Virus record (IMG/VR): IMGVR_UViG_3300021400_000193 | Span: 7,636 to 71,635 of that record | Source: a virus | Lineage: Duplodnaviria; Caudoviricetes | Length of the DNA: 64,000 bases | Direction: 5' to 3' (one strand) | Part shown: positions 51,706 through 62,383 of the stretch, piece after piece | How the letters are laid out: each line of letters opens with the position of its first letter | How positions within the stretch are numbered: position 1 is the stretch's first letter | Position numbers and translations under genes: made by a program | Notes under the pieces: generated by a model | What the model saw: the letters and a program-made list of their open reading frames with translations, nothing else | Told to the model about the DNA's origin: nothing | The model's database searches: none

Positions 51706-52433
51706 AAATCAAAAATATCTTCTTTAGAATTATCAACATAATTTCCATTATGTTCTATTCTGTTCTTCGCTATCTCAAAATATTTAGGGTCTATTTCACA
51801 ACCTACGAAATTCCTATTCAACATTTTACTTGCTATTCCGCAACTTCCAATCCCCATAAATGGGTCTAAAACTGTTTCACCTTCATTGGTTGAGTTTTCT
51901 ATAAGTATTTTCATCAATTCAATCGGTTTTTCTGTATCATGTAGATTGTTTCCGTTTTCATCTTTGAGTTTCTTGATTGGAATAGAAAGAATGTCGGATG
52001 TACCACAATTATTAATTGGTCTGTCACCACCTTTACGGAACAAACAAATATATTCAAATTGATTCATATAATAACGACCACAAATTTTATTCTGTTTATC
52101 CCAAATTAGACACTTTACAAAATGAAAACCAACTTTAGTTGCTTCATTCAACATTTCTTGTAAATTAAGATTATTTATCATGATATAACAATGGGTTTTG
52201 TCTTTCAGAATACGATAAAAATGCGGAAGATAATCCGATGGTTTAATCGAATTATTTTCAAATATTTTTCCACTCATTGCCAATTTACTTGTAACATATC
52301 CACCCATACTACCGCTATTTCCTCTACTCGTTACAAGATACGGCACATCACTACAAATAAGGTCTATAGAATTATCAGCGACCTCCCCCATTACCTTCAA
52401 ACAATCTTCGTTATATAATTTTATCTCAGACAT
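51702..52433 (-). CDS. N6/N4 DNA methyltransferase
   Basis: SDVPY, HDTEKP, DPFMGIG. Confidence 0.88.
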   Translation of the reverse strand: MSEIKLYNEDCLKVMGEVADNSIDLICSDVPYLVTSRGNSGSMGGYVTSKLAMSGKIFENNSIKPSDYLPHFYRILKDKTHCYIMINNLNLQEMLNEATKVGFHFVKCLIWDKQNKICGRYYMNQFEYICLFRKGGDRPINNCGTSDILSIPIKKLKDENGNNLHDTEKPIELMKILIENSTNEGETVLDPFMGIGSCGIASKMLNRNFVGCEIDPKYFEIAKNRIEHNGNYVDNSKEDIFDF

Positions 52434-53438
52434 TTAATTCTCCTTATACCCTAATTCAAAGATTTCCTTACTTTCAAGTTTCTTTACGAAATCTTTCATA
52501 TTGTCTACTAACTCGTCTGAAATCCCGCAAGCATTCTCATGACCCTTGCAGTAGTTTAAATCCAACAAATTAAAATCTTCACGACTTCGCAAACTTATTT
52601 TCGGATTTTCTTTATCGTAATTATTTATGCAGATTACATAAGTAAGTTTTTTATATTTTGCTAAAAGCCGATTACAAATTGCTGAAATTTTAGAATTACA
52701 ATGAAATATTGCAAAATAAAGACCTTTTGAATCTTTTCTTGTACTAATTTCTTTTGGTGCATTATTTATAAGACCTTCAAACAACTGATTTTCTTTTGAA
52801 ATATCAGCATTAATTTTACTTTGTTCAAGAGTATTAAAAAAGAAATGGTCAGCGTTCTGCATTTTCCAAAGCATGTTGTTTATAAAGAATTCAAAACATT
52901 TGAAACGGTCATCTTTGATGTAAAATTTACCTGTGCAATAGAGCAATCTGTTTAAGGCTTCAGCATTACTCCATAATTCATCATTCTGTCTGTACAAATC
53001 ATAAGTGTTTGTCAGATTTACAATATGTTCTACAATAGAATTTGTCTTATCTTTATAACCATTTTCCATAAGATAATCATAATATATCTTTGTGCCACAT
53101 CGGTTGTTATCAAAGATATACTCAACTTTAGGATACGATTTACACCATTCTTCAATTTCTTCCTTTACTGCAAGGTGATGGTCTAAAATTAGAACATTTA
53201 TCTGTTTTTCTTCAATTACTTTACGAATTGATTCAGACGGAGTAAAATCTATATAAATTACATTCTGATAATTATTATTTTTTATAGGTTCTAACTCAAG
53301 TAATTCCCCATAATTCGTACTTATAGAATCGGTAAAGTTTATCTCAAAAAATTTATTTAGAATGTATGGGCAAATACCGTCTAAATCTACATGAAAAATT
53401 CCAAGGGTTTTATTTAAATCAATTTCGTTTAACTTCAT
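52434..53438 (-). CDS. DHH-family phosphoesterase
   Basis: HVDLDG, YIDF, LDHH, YDL, SLRS, GHENACG. Confidence 0.9.
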   Translation of the reverse strand: MKLNEIDLNKTLGIFHVDLDGICPYILNKFFEINFTDSISTNYGELLELEPIKNNNYQNVIYIDFTPSESIRKVIEEKQINVLILDHHLAVKEEIEEWCKSYPKVEYIFDNNRCGTKIYYDYLMENGYKDKTNSIVEHIVNLTNTYDLYRQNDELWSNAEALNRLLYCTGKFYIKDDRFKCFEFFINNMLWKMQNADHFFFNTLEQSKINADISKENQLFEGLINNAPKEISTRKDSKGLYFAIFHCNSKISAICNRLLAKYKKLTYVICINNYDKENPKISLRSREDFNLLDLNYCKGHENACGISDELVDNMKDFVKKLESKEIFELGYKEN

Positions 53439-53582
53439 AAAAAATTCCTTATATTTTAATAAAAATTATAGTATATGTCTAAAGCAAATTCAATACTTAT
53501 TTTAACTATTTAATACGGATTAGGAAGAATCTGCAAATTCTTCCTAATCCTAAACATAATTCACAATAAAGGAGTGTAAATT

Positions 53583-53768
53583 ATGCCTAGAAAAAAGTTT
53601 ACAGAAAATTTAATTTATTTGCAATTCTTTAGTTTTGAAGTTTTGGATTACTTCGATTCAATTTGTACAGATGAAAATTATGAATGGATTGAAAAATACT
53701 TTGATGTTTTAATGAAAGAAGAAAATAAAACTGCTGAAAAATTTAACGAACATCATATTCGTCCTTGA
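53583..53768 (+). pseudogene. truncated HNH-like homing endonuclease
   Basis: good RBS and TAACTAT; ends abruptly at EHHIRP, where foreign DNA begins. Confidence 0.65.
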
Positions 53769-53932
53769 TGTCTTATTCAGCAAGAAGACTTCTGACGATT
53801 TCTCTTTTGCCTTCTGTCATTACGACTTTGTGTGGTGGAATTTTTTCTTTTGCCATAAGTAGGCTCCTGTGTTTATTTTACCACAGTACCTACTTTTTTT
53901 AGGAATTTACAGAAAGACTTTCACAGAGTCTC
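53760..53932 (-). mobile_element. IS256-family left end with transposase 5' fragment
   Basis: end GAGACTCTGTGAAAGTCTTTCTGTAAAT; RBS and MAKEKIPPHKVVMTEGKREIVRSLLAE*DIKD resembling IS256 transposase N-termini as recalled. Confidence 0.65.
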
Positions 53933-54826
53933 AGAATCTGCTAAACGTTTTTTTGCTATATCATAATACTCTTGACATATTTCAATTCCTAAATAATGTA
54001 TGCCTAAATTTTTGCAAGCCAATGCCGTTGTTCCACTACCAACAAAAGGGTCCAAAACAATATTTGAATCATTTTTAGGAATTGTTAGATTTATTAATTT
54101 TTCAATTAAATTTAAAGGTTTTACTGTGCAATGTATATTATAATCGTCTAAATTATCTCTTTTTATATTCTCAATAATATTCGACTGAAACCCCATATCA
54201 TTTTTCGCATTAAACAGACCAACACCATACTCTTCTAAAGTTGTTATATAATTATTTATCAATGGCTTTTGTACAACGCTTATAGCCTCCCATTCATTGC
54301 GTAAACAACTGTGCCAACCTTCCCATTTTTTATAATCTTTGTATCCAAGATTTTCTAATTTTTTTGATATATTTAATCCTTTAGGAATCCCACTTTGTCT
54401 TCTCCAGACAATAATATCTCTAGCATAAAACCCAACATTTTCCATTGAAACTTGAACTTGCGCAATAGTTCTTGTGCTATTAAATATTAATACTAAAGCC
54501 CCTGGTTTTACGATTCTAAAAAGTTCTTTTCCCCATTCTTCACACCATGCCTGATAGTCTAAAATATTTTTTCTATTTTTTTCATACCAAGCTTCATTTC
54601 TTACACCGCCAGCAAGACCACTTCCATATGGAATATTTTTTACTAACGTTGAGTTAGATTTTTTTGCATTCTCAATTCTTCGTTTTATTTCTTCAGAATT
54701 CCAGTCTTTACCAATAAATTCATAATTATATGGTGGGTCGGTAATACATCCAGCAATAGAGTTTTCTGGAATATTTTTCATAATGTCTATACAATTGCCT
54801 AAATAAAGTTCATCTTTCAAATTCAT
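53921..54826 (-). CDS. N6/N4 DNA methyltransferase of probable bacterial origin
   Basis: TDPPYN, HCTVKP, DPFVGSGTT; own TAGACA-N17-TATAAT promoter; stop lies inside the IS end. Confidence 0.88.
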   Translation of the reverse strand: MNLKDELYLGNCIDIMKNIPENSIAGCITDPPYNYEFIGKDWNSEEIKRRIENAKKSNSTLVKNIPYGSGLAGGVRNEAWYEKNRKNILDYQAWCEEWGKELFRIVKPGALVLIFNSTRTIAQVQVSMENVGFYARDIIVWRRQSGIPKGLNISKKLENLGYKDYKKWEGWHSCLRNEWEAISVVQKPLINNYITTLEEYGVGLFNAKNDMGFQSNIIENIKRDNLDDYNIHCTVKPLNLIEKLINLTIPKNDSNIVLDPFVGSGTTALACKNLGIHYLGIEICQEYYDIAKKRLADSETL

Positions 54827-55257
54827 AAATCTATTATACAGAAAATGTTGTTTATTGTCTATATTGTAACATATAATTAGCGCCCCAGTGCGGGCGTCCA
54901 CATAACAAGATTTCTCCGTATCGTTTGTAAGAATCTTGTACTACAAAAGAGACAGCGTAGATTTATAACGCAGAATTCTTATAATTTTATATTTCCACAT
55001 AATAGCAATATTTCAAGAACCTTATTTGAATAACGATATCCTATTATACTCTTCGCAATACATCTGCGGACACTCAATAGAACTATCCGTTCCGCGAATC
55101 AATTCAGAAGCAATCTAGAGCCCGTTTTTGTAAGGCTTTTCTTTTATCGTTTGTGTTATTTTTTCAAATGACAAAACTTTCTATATATTTACTAATCCAA
55201 GTCATGGTCCCGGCATGTAGTTCCAATAATTCGATGAGGCAATATAATCGAAATATT

Positions 55258-55680
55258 TCAAAGTTTTTCCAATTCAGCGATTCTTTTATCACAAATACTG
55301 ATGATTTCTTCATAATCAGAAACACGGTCTTTTATATTTGGATAAAGAATTCTTGTCAGAATAACAACATCATCGGAAGTCAAATCGTAATCTTCAATCA
55401 TTTCTCCTAAAGTAATATCTTTTGGTTCTTCACAAACAATGGGAAAAACATTCTCGTTATTCTGAAACTGTCTGATTCTCTCTAAACACACATGACGAAT
55501 TTTTTTCAAATCGAGAAGTCTACCATCGGTTTTCTTGATACGCAGAACTCTTTTAGTCAAGTCACAATCAAAACCATTGTTGATTTTATATTTAATCCAA
55601 AAATCCCATACTTGGTACTTATGCTTATTATAATCACTCGCTCCGTTGACATAACTTCTTACATTGTTTACTTCATTCAT
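55258..55680 (-). CDS. hypothetical protein (DUF3310-like N-terminus)
   Basis: GASDY.KHKYQVWDFW...DLKK pattern. Confidence 0.5.
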   Translation of the reverse strand: MNEVNNVRSYVNGASDYNKHKYQVWDFWIKYKINNGFDCDLTKRVLRIKKTDGRLLDLKKIRHVCLERIRQFQNNENVFPIVCEEPKDITLGEMIEDYDLTSDDVVILTRILYPNIKDRVSDYEEIISICDKRIAELEKL

Positions 55681-55684
55681 ATTT

Positions 55685-56581
55685 TTATTCCTCCTTAAAG
55701 GTATCTTCCCTTCTCACATACGGATAGACCTTATTCAATTCCAAAAACTTTCTTCTCAATAACTTGGTTTCTTTCTTATCTTTCCCTAGAACATAAGCAT
55801 ACTTTCTTTTACTAGGAACTTCAACTAGTTCCGATTCCGCTTGTTTCTTTTTAGAATATTCTCGCAATTTCTGTTCAACATCATTCGGAATATTTTCCCA
55901 TAAAATCTTGCTATCTTTGTTCCAATTTTTCTGCCACTCTATACCTAATTCTTTAGCATACTTTTTATAAAAACTTCTACATCTGAATTGTCTATCACTC
56001 ATTAGTTTACCATTATAAGGATTAATGTATTTCTTTGTTCCACCACTACCTTCACCGAGATAATAAAAATTACAAGCAGTATAAATTTGACCGCACTCTT
56101 TACTTTCCAAATCCGAATAAGCAGTAAACAATCTATATTCTGTGTTTTGTACCATCCATTTGATGCAAAACATAATAAAATGACTTCCTAGATTTTTAGG
56201 ACTCCAAGAAATACATGCACCACGAGAAATCAATCTTTCTAATTTTGGTGTTTCTTCACCTAATAATTTTGAAAAAGAGTTTGGCTGACTCATGATAATA
56301 ACACCTGCAAGAATTCCTTTATATCGACAAGCAAACCAATCACTAGGGTAAAGTGGAAGAGTACCTAACCATTCATGACGTTTAATAAACTCACCCATTT
56401 CTTTATGTTCATTTTCATTATCAGTATGATACATATCAAAATCAGTAGGTTTTAAATTGACGATTTCTTCATCTGAAAGCATAGACCAAAACTTGTCATC
56501 TTCAAGATTCTTCAATCTTATGTCATACTGCCAACACCAAGGCTTGTCATAATCAGCATGTATTTTATGTGCGTTATTCAT
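55685..56581 (-). CDS. Mom-like GNAT-fold DNA modification protein
   Basis: FIKRHEWLG, LISRG, AYSD..E.GQIYTACNFYYLG. Confidence 0.65.
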   Translation of the reverse strand: MNNAHKIHADYDKPWCWQYDIRLKNLEDDKFWSMLSDEEIVNLKPTDFDMYHTDNENEHKEMGEFIKRHEWLGTLPLYPSDWFACRYKGILAGVIIMSQPNSFSKLLGEETPKLERLISRGACISWSPKNLGSHFIMFCIKWMVQNTEYRLFTAYSDLESKECGQIYTACNFYYLGEGSGGTKKYINPYNGKLMSDRQFRCRSFYKKYAKELGIEWQKNWNKDSKILWENIPNDVEQKLREYSKKKQAESELVEVPSKRKYAYVLGKDKKETKLLRRKFLELNKVYPYVRREDTFKEE

Positions 56582-57209
56582 TGTATTAATTTCATCTCCA
56601 ATAATTAAAATACAAAGGCAAAATAATCATAGCACCAAAAATCAAATTAGATATTACTTTTGAAATCAAAACACAGATTATAGCAGTCTTTCCTTCTGCC
56701 TTAAAATCAATGTTCAAAATGATACAAATAAATCCGATAACAACACAAGCAATTTCCAATCCTTTCATCAAATAACTCCTATAAAATTATTTGTCTTTAT
56801 TATAAAAGATTTTCCACACTTATTGCAAACACATTTTTCTTTTTCTTCAAACCAATCTTATTCGACAACTTCAATTGACTCTCCGCAATAAGGACAATTA
56901 ATAAATACGTGATAACATTCTATCCAATCATCATCTTCAATTTCTACAGTTTTAAGTTTCATAAATCACCTCTGATTAAGCAATTCTTCATAATTGAAGT
57001 TTCTTTCCTTACACTAATCTCCAAGATTATTTTCCACCCACTGAATCAATTCACAAAAATCAACAAAGAAGATTCTACCCTAAAGAGTGGAATAGGAATT
57101 ACTTGTTATAAATATATTATAAAAAGAAAACTAAATTTGTCAAGTTTATTTCGCAGAAGAAATTATTAAAATCCAAAAGAACTTTAACTATTATAACTAT
57201 ATAATGAGA

Positions 57210-58609
57210 AAGGGATTCGTATGAATCCCTAACATCAAACTATAACTGGTACTTATAGAATGACAGAGAAGATAGTTAATAGAGCGTTAAAAGTTAGAAT
57301 TTATCCTACTCAAGAACAAAAGACTTTTCTTGATAAAAGTTTGGGATGTTCCCGCTTTTTCTATAATTATCGTTTGAATGAGCAGATTGAATTTTATAAA
57401 AACGAAATAGAACCGATTAAAGATAATGAAAAATTAAAGAAAGAAAAATATAAATCATTCAAACCGACATCAAAGAAACAATTCAAGGAAAAGTTTGAAT
57501 GGATAAAAGAATGTTCAGACGATTGCTTGAATTCAACAGAAAGAAATTTACAGTCCGCTTTCAACAATTTTTTCAAAAGTCTGAATAAATCAAGAAAAGG
57601 AAAGATGGGATTTCCAAAATTCCGTTCTAAAAAGCAACACAAAGATTCTTACACAGAATGTCATGTTAAGAAAAATGCTTTTGATTTTCATAACAGAAAA
57701 ATCAACATTTCAAAATGTACTCCAATTTATTTCAAGCATAGAGAAAAATTACCAAAATGGTACAGTAAAGAAACTTGTAAATTAAAATCAATAACAATAT
57801 CTAAAAATTCTAGTGGAGAATATTATGCTAGTTTATTATTTGAACTACCTAGTTTTTATGCTAATCCTAAACCAATTGACGAAAATCAAGCAATTGGATT
57901 AGATTGGTCTCCATCAGAATTTTACATAGATTCTGAATGTCATTCGGGAAAAGATTATGGTTACGAACCACAAAAGCAAAAACATCATAAACAACTTGCA
58001 AAGTTACAACGAAGATTAGCAAGAAAAGCAAAAGGTTCTAAGAATTACGAAAAAGCGAGAATTGAGGTTGCTAGATTAGAAAAACATATCGCTAATTCTC
58101 GTAGATGGTGGATTGAGAATGAATCTCTTAGACTTACTAAGAATTATTTCACAATTGGAATTGAAGATTTGAATCTTCAAGGAATTGCAAAATTCCTTAG
58201 AAATGCCAAAAATGTAAACGATTGTGGATATGGAATTTTCGTTAATCGTCTGATTCAAAAAGGCGATGAACAAGGAACATCTGTTGTTAAAGTTGACAGA
58301 TATTTTCCTAGTTCTCAACTTTGTCATTGTTGTGGTTATCAGAATCGTAATCTGAAACTTTCAGACAGAACTTGGACTTGTCCTTCTTGTGGTGAACACC
58401 ACATAAGAGATTACAATGCAAGCATAAATCTGAAAAATGAAGCATTAAACATACGCATGAGACGTGCGGAATTTAAGCCTATGGAGAATGTTGAAGATAT
58501 TCATTTGCTTGCTTTGCAAGCATTGTCTATTGGAGCATTTGATGAAGTAGGAAGTGGAGTTTGTGAAAACCCACGGAAAGCCTACGGTTTTTTAGACTGT
58601 AAGTAGTTT
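57210..58609 (+). mobile_element. solo-TnpB IS200/IS605-superfamily element (no TnpA)
   Basis: left hairpin agggattc-gtat-gaatccct; tnpB; structured right end ending ...gtagtttac; boundaries approximate. Confidence 0.7.
57260..58606 (+). CDS. tnpB: TnpB RNA-guided endonuclease
   Basis: RIYPT..Q...GCSRF.YN HTH, GFPKFRSK, RuvC GLD / IEDL / RDYNASIN, Zn finger CHCC..CPSC. Confidence 0.93.
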   Translation: MTEKIVNRALKVRIYPTQEQKTFLDKSLGCSRFFYNYRLNEQIEFYKNEIEPIKDNEKLKKEKYKSFKPTSKKQFKEKFEWIKECSDDCLNSTERNLQSAFNNFFKSLNKSRKGKMGFPKFRSKKQHKDSYTECHVKKNAFDFHNRKINISKCTPIYFKHREKLPKWYSKETCKLKSITISKNSSGEYYASLLFELPSFYANPKPIDENQAIGLDWSPSEFYIDSECHSGKDYGYEPQKQKHHKQLAKLQRRLARKAKGSKNYEKARIEVARLEKHIANSRRWWIENESLRLTKNYFTIGIEDLNLQGIAKFLRNAKNVNDCGYGIFVNRLIQKGDEQGTSVVKVDRYFPSSQLCHCCGYQNRNLKLSDRTWTCPSCGEHHIRDYNASINLKNEALNIRMRRAEFKPMENVEDIHLLALQALSIGAFDEVGSGVCENPRKAYGFLDCK

Positions 58610-58630
58610 ACAAGCGTATACATAATTTGG
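58450..58630 (+). ncRNA. putative TnpB omega/reRNA overlapping the tnpB 3' end
   Basis: cgcatgagacgtgcggaatttaagcctatgga and further hairpins in the non-conserved C-terminal coding tail. Confidence 0.55.
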
Positions 58631-58797
58631 AGAAATTGTTTTTTTTTGTATCTTCGATTATATTATAAACAATACTATTCAAGTCAAAACTATTAAATTC
58701 TTCCTTCAAAAATTCATATATTTCATCAACAGAAAAGTGGTAAGATAAATTTCACCCTAAAGGAATTACATCTTATGAAATCTATTTTATGTCAATT

Positions 58798-61654
58798 TCA
58801 TTCTTTAATACTCCTTTTAATTCTTTCTTTAACTTCTTCAACTGTCATTCCGTTATTTGCTTTATTGAAAACTTCTCGGCAAACAATAGGAAAACATCTG
58901 TCACAGAAATCTTGTTCCTCATATGGAAATATTTCCATTTCTTTATCGCAACAAAGACATTTCTTTTTAATTCTTTCAATTGGTCTGATAACAATATCAT
59001 TTCCCATCTTTTAACCCCAAATTTATTAATCTTTGCTTTGCTACACCCAAAGATACATTAAAATATTCAGCAATTGCTCCCCAATTTCCATTCTTTTCTT
59101 CAAATACTTTTCGCACCTCTTTTTCAGGCATAAGAAAAGCAAATGCGAAAGTGTTTGCTTCTTTTTCTTGTTCTTCCGTCCAATTCATATTTTATTCTTA
59201 TACATCCACCGTTAAAACATATTTATCACCATAATTTTTCGAATCATAATGAGCGATAAAATATTTTACTTTCTTTTTCAAATACTTTTCAATATCAGTA
59301 TCGTTCCAAAATGAATTAAAAACAATAACGTCTTTTTTAAATACTTCCAAAATAATATCATTTGTATCTAATGATAAACGTTCTATAAGTTGCCGAATAT
59401 TTAATTTCATATTTGCCACCTCTTTTTATATTCTCTAATTACCTTACATTCATCTTCGCAAAATAATTCTTTCTCTTTTGTAATTTTCAACCAATCAAGA
59501 AAGTCCTTGAAAGTTACATCCACATTCCAATCACACCAATTAAGGTATGCTTGATAACGTCTTTTACTTCTGCTTGGTTTGTTTTCTTTCTTTTTCTTGT
59601 ACCATAAATCAACTACATAATCTTTACCAATGTCTGTGACAGAATAAACTTCTTCTTTCCAATCGGTAATTCCGTCTTTCTGCATGTAGCCTTTTTCGAC
59701 AAGAGATTTAATTGCTATATAATCTCCATTATCTTCATTAGGATATATGCCGAACCAATTCCGATAACCGCCTTTATCATCATTCCATCTTGGCTGATAA
59801 TCATAACCTAATGTGTGGAACATCACTTTTTCTTCTTTTTCAGTAATTTCCATAATTATTGCCTCATTATCTTATCTTTTCAAAAAGTCTAAAACTAACA
59901 GGAATTGCAAAAACTTTCTTCATAAAATCTTCATCAACCATTCCATAAGTGTGATACTTATCGTAATCGTATGTACATTCCAAATCGTCTTTTGTATATT
60001 CTCCTAAACCTTTTTCCATAAAGGCATCATATTCTTCATATTCATAACAAGTATTCTCCCATTCATAATGCATGAATCCAAAATTATCCTTTCCTTTATT
60101 AAAAGAAAAAATAACATAAATGATTTGTGGTCTGAAAATCCTTTTATATCGTATTCTTTTATTTGACTTAAATATCTTTGAAAATTTCTTACAATAAAAG
60201 AATTTTCTACGAAAATAAACTTTTATTTTCGTAATTATTCTAAAAATAGAATATGGTATAAAAGTAAAAAATAAAATCAAATATTTCATTTTATCCCCTC
60301 TTAATAAACTTTTCAGCAATCATTCGTATTTCATCTGATGGTTCTTGAATATACGGATGGTTCTTTGGAATGAAAATTAATAATTGTTTTATTATATCTT
60401 TTGCTTCATGAAAACATTCACAGTAACCTAAATTGAATGCTCTCTGTAAATTATCTTCCGCATAATGAGCGATATTTGCCCAATCAGAAGCATCTTCATT
60501 ATCCGAATAAGGTTCTGTTGGACGACCCTCATTATATTCTTTTTCAAACTCTAAATAATCCACATATTACTCCTTATAAATTAATCTGTAAATTGTAACA
60601 TTCTTCGTTTTATATCCGAAACGATGACTCCATTCTTCAAAATATTCTGAAATCTTAACATCTTTTGTTTCAATATTTATCACATCTTCATCTTTTAGAT
60701 TAAATAAAAATTCATTCAAAGAATCTAAAGATTTAAATTCTCTAATATTAACTTTCATATTATCTCTAATATCTGTTAGAAATCATATAATCGTATGCGT
60801 ATTGACTGCAAATTGTAATTTCATTTCCTTTTACCGAAATTACTTTCACTAAATAACCTTCTTTATCGCTAAGTTCTTTTTCTAATTCTTTTATTTTCCA
60901 TTCATCATAAGTCATACTACACCTCCAATATGTCATATTTGCTCCTTATGAATAATCCCAATAAACTTTATCTTCTTTATTCAAGATAGAATCCACCAAA
61001 GCATCGACAAATAAATCACAAGCCATTTTACAATTTTCATGTACTTTTTCAAAAGTATCATCTTCATAAAATTTATAACCTTCTACAAAATTTGGTTTGA
61101 GATTACTATTATAATAAACTGCATTTAAATCATTTTTCAAACTTTGAACAATTATAGCCAACTGTTCGATTGAAACATGTTTATCTTCATTTGGAATATC
61201 GTCTACACTAACTCCATCTGCAATTTGTGAAACACATTTAATCATATCAAACATTATATGAGATACACCTTTGCAAGTGCTATCTGAACAACCTATTGAA
61301 AAATCTCTTCCCATAATTTAATCTCCTTATTATTCTATAAAATTAATTCTTTATTTCACCATTTCGACATTTCTGCAAAAATTGATACACTCTATCACAC
61401 CCATAATCATTCATATATTCTGATAAAATATCATAACTTAAAGCATTATCATTCCATTCATCAACACAATATTTCCAATATTTATTGGCAAGTTCATTAC
61501 AAGTATTACAAGTATAATATTTGAAAAATTTACCGTCTTGTTTTCCTTTATGAAAATATGCAGAAAATCCTTTTGGAATTTTTCTTCCACATAATTCACA
61601 TTGATGAATTTTTCTAATTGAATTTATTCGTTTTTCTTCATAAAGTTCAAGCAT
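58798..61654 (-). other. run of small hypothetical ORFs (58798-59007, 59198-59419, 59407-59853, 59867-60289, 60291-60563, 60567-60758, 60946-61314, 61343-61654)
   Basis: same strand, coupled, with RBSs. Confidence 0.6.
58997..59188 (-). CDS. ImmA/IrrE (DUF955) C-terminal-like mini-protein
   Basis: EKEANTFAFAFLMP...IAEYFNVS....QRL without the HEXXH half. Confidence 0.65.
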   Translation of the reverse strand: MNWTEEQEKEANTFAFAFLMPEKEVRKVFEEKNGNWGAIAEYFNVSLGVAKQRLINLGLKDGK

Positions 61655-61669
61655 AATAACAACCCATCC

Positions 61670-62116
61670 TTATTTCAGCAAATAGCCAAATTTATCTTCG
61701 ATAACTTTCCATTCATCTTTAGGAATTCCACCACAATCATACTTTTCTTGAAGATTGAAAAGACACTGTTTCAAATATCTTTCGTTGTGCCAATCTGTAA
61801 AAAGAACTCTTTCTAAAGAACCACCAATCAATGATTCATTTGGGTCAGCGAACTTTTCAAAGTTAGAAAGAAAATTATTCATTGCTTTTTGTGAAACTTT
61901 ATAATTTCTTCGTTCCATTTCAGAAATAACCAATCTAGTATATTCCATAAAATGAACAAATTCATAATCCATTATTTTATTTACAAGAATATGATTTGGT
62001 GTTCCATTATCAGCAATATTTTTTGCAATACAACAACATTCCCGCCACTGAGAAATTAACTGTAATCTTGGAAGATATGGAATAAGGGTCTTATGCCAGC
62101 ATCTCATTTTATTCAC
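61670..62116 (-). CDS. pyrimidine-dimer DNA glycosylase / endonuclease V-like protein
   Basis: MRCWHKTLIPYLPRLQLISQWRE...HN..YL..C..NL.EK. Confidence 0.75.
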   Translation of the reverse strand: MNKMRCWHKTLIPYLPRLQLISQWRECCCIAKNIADNGTPNHILVNKIMDYEFVHFMEYTRLVISEMERRNYKVSQKAMNNFLSNFEKFADPNESLIGGSLERVLFTDWHNERYLKQCLFNLQEKYDCGGIPKDEWKVIEDKFGYLLK

Positions 62117-62383
62117 TCCTTATGTTCTATCTTGTATAAAATATCATAACACAAACTATCCAATTTATCTGCTTCTTGATTATATCCAAACTCTTTTGTA
62201 AGAGTTATAAGTTTTTGAGCCAAATCATCAAATTTATCAATCATTGTAATTTTTTCAAATTCATCAAGTTTTCTACACCTTCACATAAAAATCTATTATC
62301 TCCATCATGTTCACCAATATTCTCTTTATGAATTTTGTTATCTAAAAAATAAAAATCATCTTTCACATTCACCCCTCCAACAT

